A DNA stretch of 64,000 bases, taken from Alphaproteobacteria bacterium (GTDB taxonomy: Bacteria > Pseudomonadota > Alphaproteobacteria > UBA828). Positions 1 to 9,856 of this stretch are shown piece after piece. The notes beneath the pieces were generated by a model that was not told the DNA's origin, did no database searches, and saw only the letters and a list, made by a program, of their open reading frames with translations. Position 1 is the first letter of the stretch, and each line of letters opens with the position of its first letter. The stretch spans positions 1-64,000 of the forward strand of contig CAXXVO010000010.1 in the NCBI GenBank assembly GCA_963422645.2, read 5' to 3'. The translations under genes and the position numbers were made by a program.

Positions 1-149
1 ATGCCGCGCACCTCCGATCCTGCATAGGGCTCGGCCGCCTCCTCCAGTGACCAAGCGTGCGCCTCATCGGCATCCAGGGGCGCCCCGGCGAGAACGCCCG
101 CCAGCGCAGCGGCGCAGACTCCGAGCGCGATCTTGTTCATTTTCGACAT
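1..149 (-). CDS. 5' part of an extracellular solute-binding protein (ABC type); runs off the window edge
   Basis: ATG at 149 with GGGAGG RBS; reads MSKMNKIALGVCAAALAGVLAGAPW...AWSLEEAAEPYAG (signal peptide plus SBP-like N-terminus). Confidence 0.6.
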   Translation of the reverse strand, partial: MSKMNKIALGVCAAALAGVLAGAPLDADEAHAWSLEEAAEPYAGSEVRG

Positions 150-199
150 TGCTGTCCTCCCTTCTTTGTACAGGTCAATTGCCTCTACGAAATTCTTTG

Positions 200-2090
200 G
201 TAACTGCCCAGGTTCTTGCTGTGAAAATTCTCTGGGATTCGGCACAACGCTACCCACGCGACGCCCGTGTGCTCCTCTGGGGTCGCCGGGTTTCACAGCT
301 CACGATGCCCCTCTTGCGGACTGCGACCGGTAAGCTACCCCGATGTGGCCCGAAGTCCGCCCGCGCGACGGGCACCGATTTTCATTCTATGGGGTGGTCC
401 AGCACGGCGTCGACCATGATCGTTTATGAGAATGGCTCCGCTGTTGGAGAACCCGTGCCAGGTGAGCTTACGCGCACTTGACGGTGGCGATGAGCCGATC
501 CGATGGGCTGGTCAGGGCTTCGATGATATTCCAGCCCTGCTTTCTGGCGGTGGTGATGACGCTGCGCAGGATGGCGAAGTTCTCGGCCCCCTGCGCGGAC
601 CGGAAGCCCCCGGAGATCTTCTGGCGCAGCTTCATCATCCGAAGGTCGCGCTCGGCCTCGTTGTTCGTGAACCCGACCTCGAGGTCGATCAGGAACCGGA
701 GCACCGCGCATTTGTGGTCGCGCAGCCTCAAGGCCAGATTGTGACCGATCCTTCGCTTCCGGCGCTTCTTCCTCTTGCCAGGCGAGAACGGTGGTTGGCT
801 CTCGTGAAAGGCCAGCGCATCGGCGATGATCTCGTCCGTATCGGCGCTCGATCAGCGCCACAAGCCTCGCCGGAACGGCGATATCCTTGTCCAGCGCGAT
901 GCGGGCGGCGCGATTGGCTCGGCGCAGGAGCTGCTGCATCCGCCCGGGCCCAAGCCTCCCCTTCGATGTCCACCAGCGCCTGCAACTCCCGCAGGTGATG
1001 GGCGTTGCACAGGCCGTGCTCCACCCCTTCCATCGCGAAGTACGGCTTCCAGTGATCGTGCACGACGATGCCGGAGACACCCGAGAGCAGGGCGCCGCGC
1101 TTGCCGCTGACCCGGTACGCCGCCAGCAGCGGCGTGCAGATCACATGAAGCCACTGCGTCTGACCGCCGATCCGCAAGCCGGTCTCGTCCATGTGTTTCA
1201 CCCGCGCCGTGCCCGCCGCCAGGTCCTGTATGTGCAAGGCCGCGTCCCGCAAGCCGCTCGGCCGCCCTCTCGCTCATCGTCGCCAACGTCGCAGCCGTCA
1301 CCGGCGCGCCGAAGAGCTCGGCCATCACCTGCGACAGCCGATCCTCCGGCAGGAAGTGAGCGTGCTGAAGGTAGACCGCCACCCCGGCAATGCGCGGGCC
1401 GTACTGCACCGGCGCCGACACCCCGTCGGGGAACGCCGCCCGGGTCACCGTCCCGCAATGCCCGCAGCACTTGGCATGCGCCCGGTGCTCGGTCACCTCC
1501 AGGGGGCTCGGCTCGGGCAGATCGAACACCTGGCGGGCGACGGGCGTTCCCGCCCTGGCCGCGTCCGAAAGCGGCGAACCGCATCCCTTGCAGGAAGCCG
1601 GGACGTGATCCTTCACCCGATCCGGGTGATCGGCGCGGCGCAGCGTCTTGCCCTTGTGGCCGGGCTGGCCACCGGGCTTGCGGCCCGATTTGCCGCGCAG
1701 GCTTCGGGTTCGCCGCTTCGAATTCGGCTTCCTCAGCCCATCGCTCGAAGGCGGCTTGCCGCTGTTGCCGCTGTTGAGGCCGAGACGGCGCTCCAACTCC
1801 TCGATGCGCTCGACGAGACGCGCGACTTGCTCTTCCAGCCGCGCGTTCTGCTGCCGAAGCCAGGCATTTTCCTCCCGAAGCCGGGCGTTCTCCTCCTCCA
1901 GGCGGGCGATCTTCTGCGCGGGCGTTTCGGGCGCTGCTCCCGTCGAAGGGCCGCGCGGCGACTCGGGATTGCTCATGTCGTTGTTGAGTCATTTCCCGAA
2001 ATTCCCGTCAAGCCCTTTCCACCAACTCCGAACGAGAAACGCCTCAATCCACTGGCCCAAAATGACAAATCAGACGACCTGGGCAGTTAC
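200..2090 (-). mobile_element. IS66-family element 'A', copy 1 (tnpC only, ISBst12-like organisation)
   Basis: TIRs GTAACTGCCCAGGT (200) and ACCTGGGCAGTTAC (2090); 8-bp TSD ATTCTTTG at 192-199 and 2091-2098. Confidence 0.95.
468..1976 (-). pseudogene. tnpC: IS66 transposase, frameshifted
   Basis: Matches the intact 501-aa copy at 34649-36154 apart from three 1-bp insertions (near 836, 944, 1251); may be sequencing error. Confidence 0.85.
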
Positions 2091-2205
2091 ATTCTTTGTT
2101 TTGTTGGGGAATTGACGCTCAAAGCATCAACTCGGACGTTAGCCCGGATTTCTTGCCCATGTCACGGCCCGCGCCGCGCCGGGGCGCGCCGCGCAGAAAA
2201 TCCGC

Positions 2206-3528
2206 TCACCAATTCATGTGGGCCTGGACCGCCTCGTCGGAGACCCGGCCCGCGGCGACGTCGGCGAGAGCCTGGTCGATGATGGCGAGGCCCTCGGCGC
2301 ATTCCGCATCGCTCAAGTTCAGCGGCGGCGTGATCTCCAGCACGTTGGCTGCGAGCCCGACGTAGATGAAGCTCGCCCCGAGCTCGTAGGCGCGCAGGAT
2401 CACCTTGGCGGTGGTGGTGGCCTCGACCGGCGTCTTGCTTTCGCGGTCCTGTACCAGGTCGACGCCGATCGCGAGGCCGCGCCCCCGCACATCGCCGATC
2501 ATCGCGTGACGCTCGCCGAGCGCGCGCAAGCCGTCCGCCAGCTGCTTGCCCATGCACGCGGCGTGGGCCGGCAGGTCCTCGTCGAGAACGGTGCGCAGCA
2601 CGGCGAGGCCCGCGGCGGTGCAGACCGGGTTGCCGCCGGTGGTCTGAATCGCGAATGCCGGGCGGTGGTCCAGAATGTCCGCGGGCCCTATCACGGCGGA
2701 GAGCGGCAGCCCGCCGCCGATCCCCTTGCCCAACACCACCAGATCGGGGGTCAACCCCTCGTGACTGAAGGCGTGGAACAGCCCGCTGCGCCCGCAGCCG
2801 ACCTTGACCTCATCCAGCACGGTGAGAATACCGTGTTGCCGGCAACGCTCCTCCAGCGCCTTCAGGAAACCGGCGGGCGGCACGATGAGCCCGCCGTCGG
2901 ACATGACGGGCTCGATGAAGACGGCGGCGACCTGCTCCGGCGGACACGTGGTCTCGAACTGGTAGTCCAGCATGTCGAGCACCTCGTCCGCCGAGAAGCG
3001 CGGCCGGTAGGGATCGGGATAGGGCAGCAGCACCAGGCCCGGCCTCGGCAGGGTGTGGGTCATCGCGGTATGGCCCGAGATCGCCATGGAGCCCGCGACG
3101 CCGCCATGGTAGGAGCCGATGAACGAGATGAAGCGGGGCCGGCCGGTGGCGGCCTCCAGCACGCGCGCGGCGGCATCGTTCGCGTCCGAGCCGGAATGGC
3201 CGAACCAGACGCGCCGCTCGCCACTGCCGGGTGTGACCTGAAGCAACGCTTCGGCGAGCGCGGCGGCAGGCTCGTTCGGGTACATCAAGAGGCTCGCGCC
3301 CGCCATGTCGGTGAGCGCCTTGGTCACCGCCTCGGTCACCGCCGGGTGCGCGTAGCCGAGGCTCGCAGCGGTGGCGGAAGCCGAGAGATCGAGAATGCGC
3401 CGCCCGTCCTCGCTGGTGAGGTAGGAGCCCTTGCCGCCGCGGGCTGCCAGCGGATTGAAGCGCAGTTTCTGGATCTCCGCGATTGCGGCCGTGTCGCGCT
3501 GGCTCAGATCGTCGTTCGAGCGGGCCAT
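2206..3528 (-). CDS. Class III PLP aminotransferase (4-aminobutyrate/ornithine aminotransferase-like)
   Basis: 440 aa; SGSDAND, YHG, FIEPV, DEVKVGCGRSG and LGKGIGGG motifs. Confidence 0.9.
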   Translation of the reverse strand: MARSNDDLSQRDTAAIAEIQKLRFNPLAARGGKGSYLTSEDGRRILDLSASATAASLGYAHPAVTEAVTKALTDMAGASLLMYPNEPAAALAEALLQVTPGSGERRVWFGHSGSDANDAAARVLEAATGRPRFISFIGSYHGGVAGSMAISGHTAMTHTLPRPGLVLLPYPDPYRPRFSADEVLDMLDYQFETTCPPEQVAAVFIEPVMSDGGLIVPPAGFLKALEERCRQHGILTVLDEVKVGCGRSGLFHAFSHEGLTPDLVVLGKGIGGGLPLSAVIGPADILDHRPAFAIQTTGGNPVCTAAGLAVLRTVLDEDLPAHAACMGKQLADGLRALGERHAMIGDVRGRGLAIGVDLVQDRESKTPVEATTTAKVILRAYELGASFIYVGLAANVLEITPPLNLSDAECAEGLAIIDQALADVAAGRVSDEAVQAHMNW

Positions 3529-3709
3529 GGTTCGCGCTCCTTCATCGAAGTCTGCGCGCCAGCGTCATGCAAGCGCAGGCTGTGAGGAGGCGCTGGATGG
3601 TCGAGGCCACACCGGCGCTCTCTCTCCCAGCCGGCATTTTGCATCCCGGTGCGGGCCGCGTCATGCTTGGATGCCGTGGAACTCACACGATGAGCGCGAG
3701 GACAAGGCG

Positions 3710-5881
3710 ATGACGGGTGATTCGAGATACGACGTGCTGTTCGAGCCCGTTCGCATCGGGCCGAAGCAGGCTCCCAATCGCTTCTTCCAGGTTCCCCATT
3801 GCAACGGCGCGGGCTCCCACCGGCCAGGCGCCCAGGCCGCCTTTCGGGCCATGAAGGCCGAGGGCGGTTGGGGCGTCGTGTGCGTGGAATATTGCTCCAT
3901 CAACCCGGAAACCGACGACACGCCGCATACGAGTGTACGTCTGTGGGACGAGGGCGACGTCATCAATCTGCGGCACACGACGGAGAGCGTGCATCGCCAC
4001 GGCGCCCTGGCCGGAATTCAGCTGTGGTACGGGGGCGGTCACGCGCCAGTGCGCGAAACCCTCGCGATCCCGCGCGGCCCCAGCCAGATGCCCTCCGAGA
4101 CCGCTTACCAGAACTACTGCCATGAGTGCGACGAAGACGACATCCGCGAGCTTATCCAGATGTATGTCGACGCCGCCAAACGCTCCGAGGACGCAGGCTT
4201 CGACTATGTCGAGGTGATCGGCTCCGATTCCTCGCTCCCCACCCAGTTCCTCCAGCCGATGTACAACAAGCGCAGCGACCGCTGGGGCGGCTCATTCGAG
4301 AACCGCGCGCGCTTTTGGGTGGAAACCATGGCGGCGCTCAAGCGCGCCGTGGGCGACCGCGTCGCCGTCGGCACGCGCATCGCGATCGACAATTTGCTGG
4401 GGCCAGCGGGTCTGGAATTGGAGGAAGGTCTCAAATTCGTGGAGTTGGTCACGCGCGAGGGTGTGTGCGACCTGTGGGACATCAAGATTTCATACTTCAT
4501 GGAGTGGGGCAACGACGCCGGCCCCTCGCGCTTCTTCGAACCCGGTTATCAGACCTGGGCCACGAAGGCGGTCAAGGAGGTGGCGAATGTCCCTGTGGTC
4601 GGGGTGGGGCGGGTCACCAGCCCCGACGACATGGTGCGCATCATCCGCGCAGGCGAGGCGGACCTGATCGGCGCCGCGCGGCCGTCGATCGCCGATCCCT
4701 TTCTTCCCCGCAAGATCCGGGAGGGCAGGTCGGACGACATCCGGGAGTGCATCGGCTGCAACATCTGCGTCTCCCAGTTCAATCAGGAGGCCCCGCTCAT
4801 CTGCACCCAGAACGCGACGGCGATGGAGGAGTACCGGCGCGGCTGGCATCCCGAGCACTTCGACAAGGCAGCCGATCCCTGTTCGGTGCTCGTCGTGGGC
4901 GCCGGCCCCGCAGGGATGGAATGCGCGCGCGTGCTCGGCGAGCGTGGCTACGACGTTCACCTGCGCGAGCGCGAGGACGAGATCGGCGGGCACATCCGCC
5001 AGGTCATGCGCTACCCGGGCCTCGCGGAATGGGGCCGCATCATCAGCTACCGGCAGACTCAGATCGACAAGCTCAAGACCGTCGAGGTCCATACCGGCGT
5101 CGACGACATGACCGCCGGCAGCGTGCTCGCTTACGGCGCCGATAAGGTCGTGATCGCGGTCGGCGCCCAATGGGTCACAGATGGCCTCAACGCCGTCAGC
5201 TTCGGTCCGATCGATGGCGCCAGCGCCGAAACCCCGCAATTCTGCACACCCGAGCAGGTGATGAACGGAAAGGACATCGGCGATCGCGTGGTGATCCTGG
5301 ACGGCGACGGTTACTTCACCGGCGTCGCGATGGCGGAAATGATGGCGGAGAGAGGCAAGCAGGTCTCTGTCGTCACCCAGTTCAACGAAGTCGCCCCATT
5401 CTGTCAGAACACCCTCGAAGGACCGAACTTGCAGCGGCTTCTCTACGAGCAGGATGTCCAGTGCTACCCGCTTCACTGGGTCGAATCCCTATCCGTCAAC
5501 AACACGATCAAGGTCGAGATCGCGTACGCCTATCGCGACAGTCCCCGTATCGAGCTGCCGCCGCGAACGGGCCACGTGCCAAGGCGCCTCGGCACCGAAA
5601 CGACGACGCTGGAATGCGATACCGTGATCCTCTGTACGGCGCGTCAGTCGAGGACCGAGCTGTTTACATCGCTCAAGGCGCGTAAGGACGAGTGGTCTCT
5701 GAACGACGTGCAGGCGGTCTATCACGTGGGCGACTGCCACACCCCGAGATTCATCCAGTTATCCGTGTTCGAAGGGCACCGGCTAGGTCGCGAATTCGAG
5801 TCAGATAATCCGCAGTATCCGCTTCCCTTCATCAGTGAGAAGCACATCTGGGGAAACGAGACCTACCCGAAGAGGGGATAG
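3710..5881 (+). CDS. Trimethylamine/dimethylamine/histamine dehydrogenase-like flavoprotein (OYE barrel, 4Fe-4S, ADP domain)
   Basis: NRFFQVPHC (Cys for covalent FMN in TMADH), KAEGGWG, CIGCNIC..C cluster, GAGPAG; start taken at ATG 3710. Confidence 0.88.
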   Translation: MTGDSRYDVLFEPVRIGPKQAPNRFFQVPHCNGAGSHRPGAQAAFRAMKAEGGWGVVCVEYCSINPETDDTPHTSVRLWDEGDVINLRHTTESVHRHGALAGIQLWYGGGHAPVRETLAIPRGPSQMPSETAYQNYCHECDEDDIRELIQMYVDAAKRSEDAGFDYVEVIGSDSSLPTQFLQPMYNKRSDRWGGSFENRARFWVETMAALKRAVGDRVAVGTRIAIDNLLGPAGLELEEGLKFVELVTREGVCDLWDIKISYFMEWGNDAGPSRFFEPGYQTWATKAVKEVANVPVVGVGRVTSPDDMVRIIRAGEADLIGAARPSIADPFLPRKIREGRSDDIRECIGCNICVSQFNQEAPLICTQNATAMEEYRRGWHPEHFDKAADPCSVLVVGAGPAGMECARVLGERGYDVHLREREDEIGGHIRQVMRYPGLAEWGRIISYRQTQIDKLKTVEVHTGVDDMTAGSVLAYGADKVVIAVGAQWVTDGLNAVSFGPIDGASAETPQFCTPEQVMNGKDIGDRVVILDGDGYFTGVAMAEMMAERGKQVSVVTQFNEVAPFCQNTLEGPNLQRLLYEQDVQCYPLHWVESLSVNNTIKVEIAYAYRDSPRIELPPRTGHVPRRLGTETTTLECDTVILCTARQSRTELFTSLKARKDEWSLNDVQAVYHVGDCHTPRFIQLSVFEGHRLGREFESDNPQYPLPFISEKHIWGNETYPKRG

Positions 5882-6370
5882 GGGGGCACCGTACCCATAT
5901 CACGGTCCATCTGCTTCTTCCTCGCCAAGAGCGTCATCCAAGCTCCATCCGCGCGCGGATTGGCTGACGTCTTAGGCAGGGGAGGTTGAGCTTGGGCGGC
6001 AGTCGGAGCAGGGGCGCGCGTTCTGGACCTACGGCGACGTTAATTCAGACCGGGACTTCGATCGAATGTCGGTCTCGGTGGTTGCGGGCCACCGTAACCA
6101 AGACAAGCCCTTGAAAACGTTTCATTTTCAGGAGATTTTTCATGTCCGCGGATTGGCCAATTTAGGAAGCTGGCAAACATTTCGTTTCAAATAGAGGACG
6201 CCAAGAGCGGGCGCATGCGTCACCATCGGGGGTGTCGGGAGTGAGAGGGTGTTCGTTCGGTCATCGGGTGATGCCATCGCCGGGCCGGCGGCGATTTCGG
6301 GTTCTGCCCGGCCGAGGATGGCTGGGCTCGGTAGATTGCTCACCGCCGTCACCCGCTTAGCGAACGAATA

Positions 6371-6730
6371 TTGCGCCAGGGTAAGCCCTGGAGAGGAGGA
6401 TGCCATGAACTGAAACCTCTCGTAGCGATGCAGCGGGTTCGACTCCCGCCCGGCAAAGGCGCAGCCCGCCAGCCGGAAGCGAGTCTTGCATGGCGCGCGG
6501 CAACGCCCGTCGCGTGAGGCGTAGACAGCAGGCGATGAAGCGGCGGAGTAAGCCTCGAAATCGTTAAATCGACGACGCCTTCATTGTTATTCGTGTGGGG
6601 GCAGCACCGGAAGCACCGCTATCGGCGAGGCGCAATGGGTCGTCCGGGGTCGTAGACCGGCGCAGAGTCACGGGATGGATCGCCAGGAAACCTGGGAGAT
6701 CCTGCTCTTGCCCGCGGGCAAGGACGCTGG
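6371..6730 (+). ncRNA. Group II intron 5' fragment (domain I to start of domain II); no RT ORF, no domains V/VI
   Basis: Starts TTGCG followed by a hairpin; contains typical domain-I strings AGCCGGAAGCGAGTCTTGC, GCGTAGACAG, AGCCTCGAAA, GGGGTC..AGACC and GGAAACCTGGGAGATCC; 3' boundary approximate. Confidence 0.7.
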
Positions 6731-6805
6731 AAGAGGGGACGGCCAGCGTGACCAATTCAGACCCTGGCCCGCCCTTGGGCCTGCACAACGGCGGGAGCGC
6801 CCCAG

Positions 6806-7569
<764 letters not shown>

Positions 7570-7572
<3 letters not shown>

Positions 7573-7599
7573 AGCGCGTCCGACTTAGACGGACGCGCG
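7570..7599. repeat. Hairpin after the sigma stop codon (REP-like or terminator-like)
   Basis: CGCGTCCG-acttaga-CGGACGCG perfect 8-bp stem preceded by TAGAG. Confidence 0.4.
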
Positions 7600-7720
7600 A
7601 CAGGCCGCGACCGCGGCCCGCCGCGAATGCGGCGCGCCCGCGTAGGCGCCGGCCGCAGGCCGGCTGCCGTAAGCGACAAAGATCCAGAGCGTTTCCGTGT
7701 AGTGGTTAGACTTTGAGATT

Positions 7721-8011
7721 TTGTTGTGCGTGATGGCGACCGATGCGGAGTGGTCGCGGATGCGCGGGAAGGCGCAGGAGGAAGGGACGTCGTGCTCGGA
7801 ATTCATCGTGCGGCGCTGCCTGGTTGAAGCGGAGCCCGCCGCGCCTGATCCCGCTCTGCCGGCGCCGGTGCTGCGCCACATCGCGCGCTCGGTGCTGGCG
7901 CTGGGGGATATGGAGCGGCTGCGGTCGATCGGGGAGGGCTCCGAGGGGGACTGGAACGCGGCGCTCGCGCGGGCCGATCGCTGGCTTGACGGAGAGACGG
8001 CTCTGGGGTGA
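7721..8011 (+). CDS. Small ribbon-helix-helix/MobC-like protein 1
   Basis: ATDAEWSRMRGKAQEEGTSCSEFIVRRCL fits an RHH pattern; start uncertain. Confidence 0.5.
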   Translation: MLCVMATDAEWSRMRGKAQEEGTSCSEFIVRRCLVEAEPAAPDPALPAPVLRHIARSVLALGDMERLRSIGEGSEGDWNAALARADRWLDGETALG

Positions 8012-8024
8012 TCGGGAGGGCGCG

Positions 8025-8354
8025 GTGAGACTCGCGAAGCAGCGCGGCATCCACTGCACGCCAGAGAAGTGGGAGCGGATCCGGCGGCGCGCCCGGAAGG
8101 CGAATTTGTTGATCTCGCGCTTCGGCGAGCTCTGCTGCCGGCGCGCGGCGGAAGCGTTGGGCGCACCGCCGTCGGTGCCGCCGGGCCATCCGCTGGCGTG
8201 GCCTGAGGACGACCAGCGGCGCCTGCTGGCGCACAGTCTTGCGGTGCAGCGCAGGACGCGTGTTTCGATCCAGGCGCCGGGGGGAGAGCGCGTCGACCTA
8301 CCGCTCGATGCGGTGATCCGCTTCCTGCTGCTGTGCGAGGAGGAGGGCAATTGA
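8025..8354 (+). CDS. Small ribbon-helix-helix/MobC-like protein 2
   Basis: GGAGG RBS, GTG start; CTPEKWERIRRRARKANLLISRF. Confidence 0.5.
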   Translation: MRLAKQRGIHCTPEKWERIRRRARKANLLISRFGELCCRRAAEALGAPPSVPPGHPLAWPEDDQRRLLAHSLAVQRRTRVSIQAPGGERVDLPLDAVIRFLLLCEEEGN

Positions 8355-8887
8355 GCAAGCCGAGAAAGAAGCCGCCCACGCGCGAGGAGTCGCGCGGGAG
8401 GACGTACACGATCTCGTGCACCGAAGAGCAGTGGGCGGCGATTCAGGACGGAGCGGAGCGGGCCGGCAAGAACGTCTCGACGTGGTACGTCGAGTGCGCG
8501 CTGACCGTGGATCCGTGGCCCAGGAAGCACCGCCGGCTGGTGCTGAACGAGAGGGAGCAGCGCCGCCACGCGCGGGCGGTGGCGGCGAGCGCCCGGAACC
8601 TCGGCGTGGACGAGGCGGGCGGGGCCGGCGATGTCGGGGCCGATCTCAGGGCGCTCATGGCCGCGCGACTGCGCGGGATGGACCGGCGCGGCCGGCGCGC
8701 GGACGCGCTGGCGTTGTTGCGCCGGGCGTTCGGCGACGAGGCGGCGCAAACCGTCGCCGCGGCGTTCATACCGGACGCGCCGGCGCCGGCACCCGCGGCG
8801 CCGGCGGAGAGCCCGGACAGTAGCGGGGCCGAGGCGCCGCCCAAGGCAGCGCCGCAGGGCGAGCTGTTCCCTACCGACGACGATTAG
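8351..8887 (+). CDS. Ribbon-helix-helix/MobC-like protein 3
   Basis: TTG start overlapping the previous stop, GGAGG RBS; TISCTEEQWAAIQDGAERAGKNVSTWYVECAL. Confidence 0.55.
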   Translation: MSKPRKKPPTREESRGRTYTISCTEEQWAAIQDGAERAGKNVSTWYVECALTVDPWPRKHRRLVLNEREQRRHARAVAASARNLGVDEAGGAGDVGADLRALMAARLRGMDRRGRRADALALLRRAFGDEAAQTVAAAFIPDAPAPAPAAPAESPDSSGAEAPPKAAPQGELFPTDDD

Positions 8888-9065
8888 CAAGCGCCCTCGT
8901 CTGCTGCATTGCGGCGGTTGCGTGCGTCGAGTCTTGGCGAGCGGTCCGGGGCATCGTCGCTGCGTTCGGCCGCGAGGCCGCGGGGGCGCCGGCCCGTCCG
9001 CCGAATGCGGCACGTGAGCGCGCGTCCGGATCGTCACCGGCATGGTCCGATCCCGCTGCGGGCGC

Positions 9066-9665
9066 TCACGCGGCGGCGGTTCCGGCGCCCGGCCTCCGCC
9101 AGCGCCGGAGCAGGTCGAGGGCGATATCAGCCGTTATCGTCTCGCGCTGGCGGTCGATGCCCTTGCCCCTCGATCCGAACTCCCGGCCCTTCATCTTCAT
9201 CACCGGCCCGAGGCGCCGCATCCGGGGGTGGGTGCGCTTCTTGCTCTCTTCGTACTTGCGATCGTTGAACCCCATGACCTCGATCACGTATTGCGCCAGG
9301 TAGCGCGGATCGAAACGCCCGAGGTAAGGCGGGTCGTCCGGGCCGACCGGCACGTGGCCATGCGTGCTCGGGCGGACGACGCTCAGCAGGAAGTCCGGCT
9401 CGCAGGTGCCGGCGGTCGTCTCGATGAGGGCGACCGGCTTCTCGAGCTCGATGCGGAGAGGCCCGCCGAGCAGGGCGGCGAGCTCCGGGTTGCCGGCCAG
9501 CGTCCCGACCAGCCGCCGGAGCGCGCCGAGCGCCTGCCGCTCGTAGTCCGAGTCGACCGGAACCGGGCAGTCGAGCGCGACGATCGGCCGCGCGCAGGCG
9601 TCCACGCACGCCCACCTTCCCGTCGAGCGGTCGACGGCCCCGAGGAAGAGGTAGGGCCCGATCAC
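9066..9665 (-). pseudogene. Hypothetical protein, C-terminal PD-(D/E)XK nuclease-like region, probably 5'-truncated
   Basis: VDSDYER...EPDFLL...VIEVMGF..KY motif pattern; frame collides with the livH fragment near 9710. Confidence 0.45.
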
Positions 9666-9712
9666 CGGCCGGCCGCCGATGCGCGGACGTCGGCGGCCTC
9701 GGGTCGATCGCC

Positions 9713-9856
9713 GGCAGCCTGGTCGGCGGCGTTCTGCTCGGCATTACGCAAGTTCTCGCCGGGACCTATTTCGGCCCCTCCGCGCAACTCGTCGCCGGCT
9801 ACATGCTGATCCTGTTCGTGCTTGCGGTGCGGCCCCAGGGGCTCTTCTCGCGATGA
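9713..9856 (+). pseudogene. 3' fragment of a LivH-type ABC permease
   Basis: GSLVGGVLLGITQVLAGTYFGPSAQLVAGYMLILFVLAVRPQGLFSR*; stop overlaps the next ATG (ATGA). Confidence 0.75.

Noticed and set aside
468-1976. Programmed frameshifting in IS66-A copy 1 (and frameshifts near 41445 and 60765)
   Set aside because: The three differences from the intact copy are single-base lengthenings of short runs, typical of long-read error or decay; no slippery-site plus structure signal seen
6595-6805. N-terminal extension of the 325-aa sigma ORF in the ORF track
   Set aside because: It is translated intron RNA sequence, not sigma region 1
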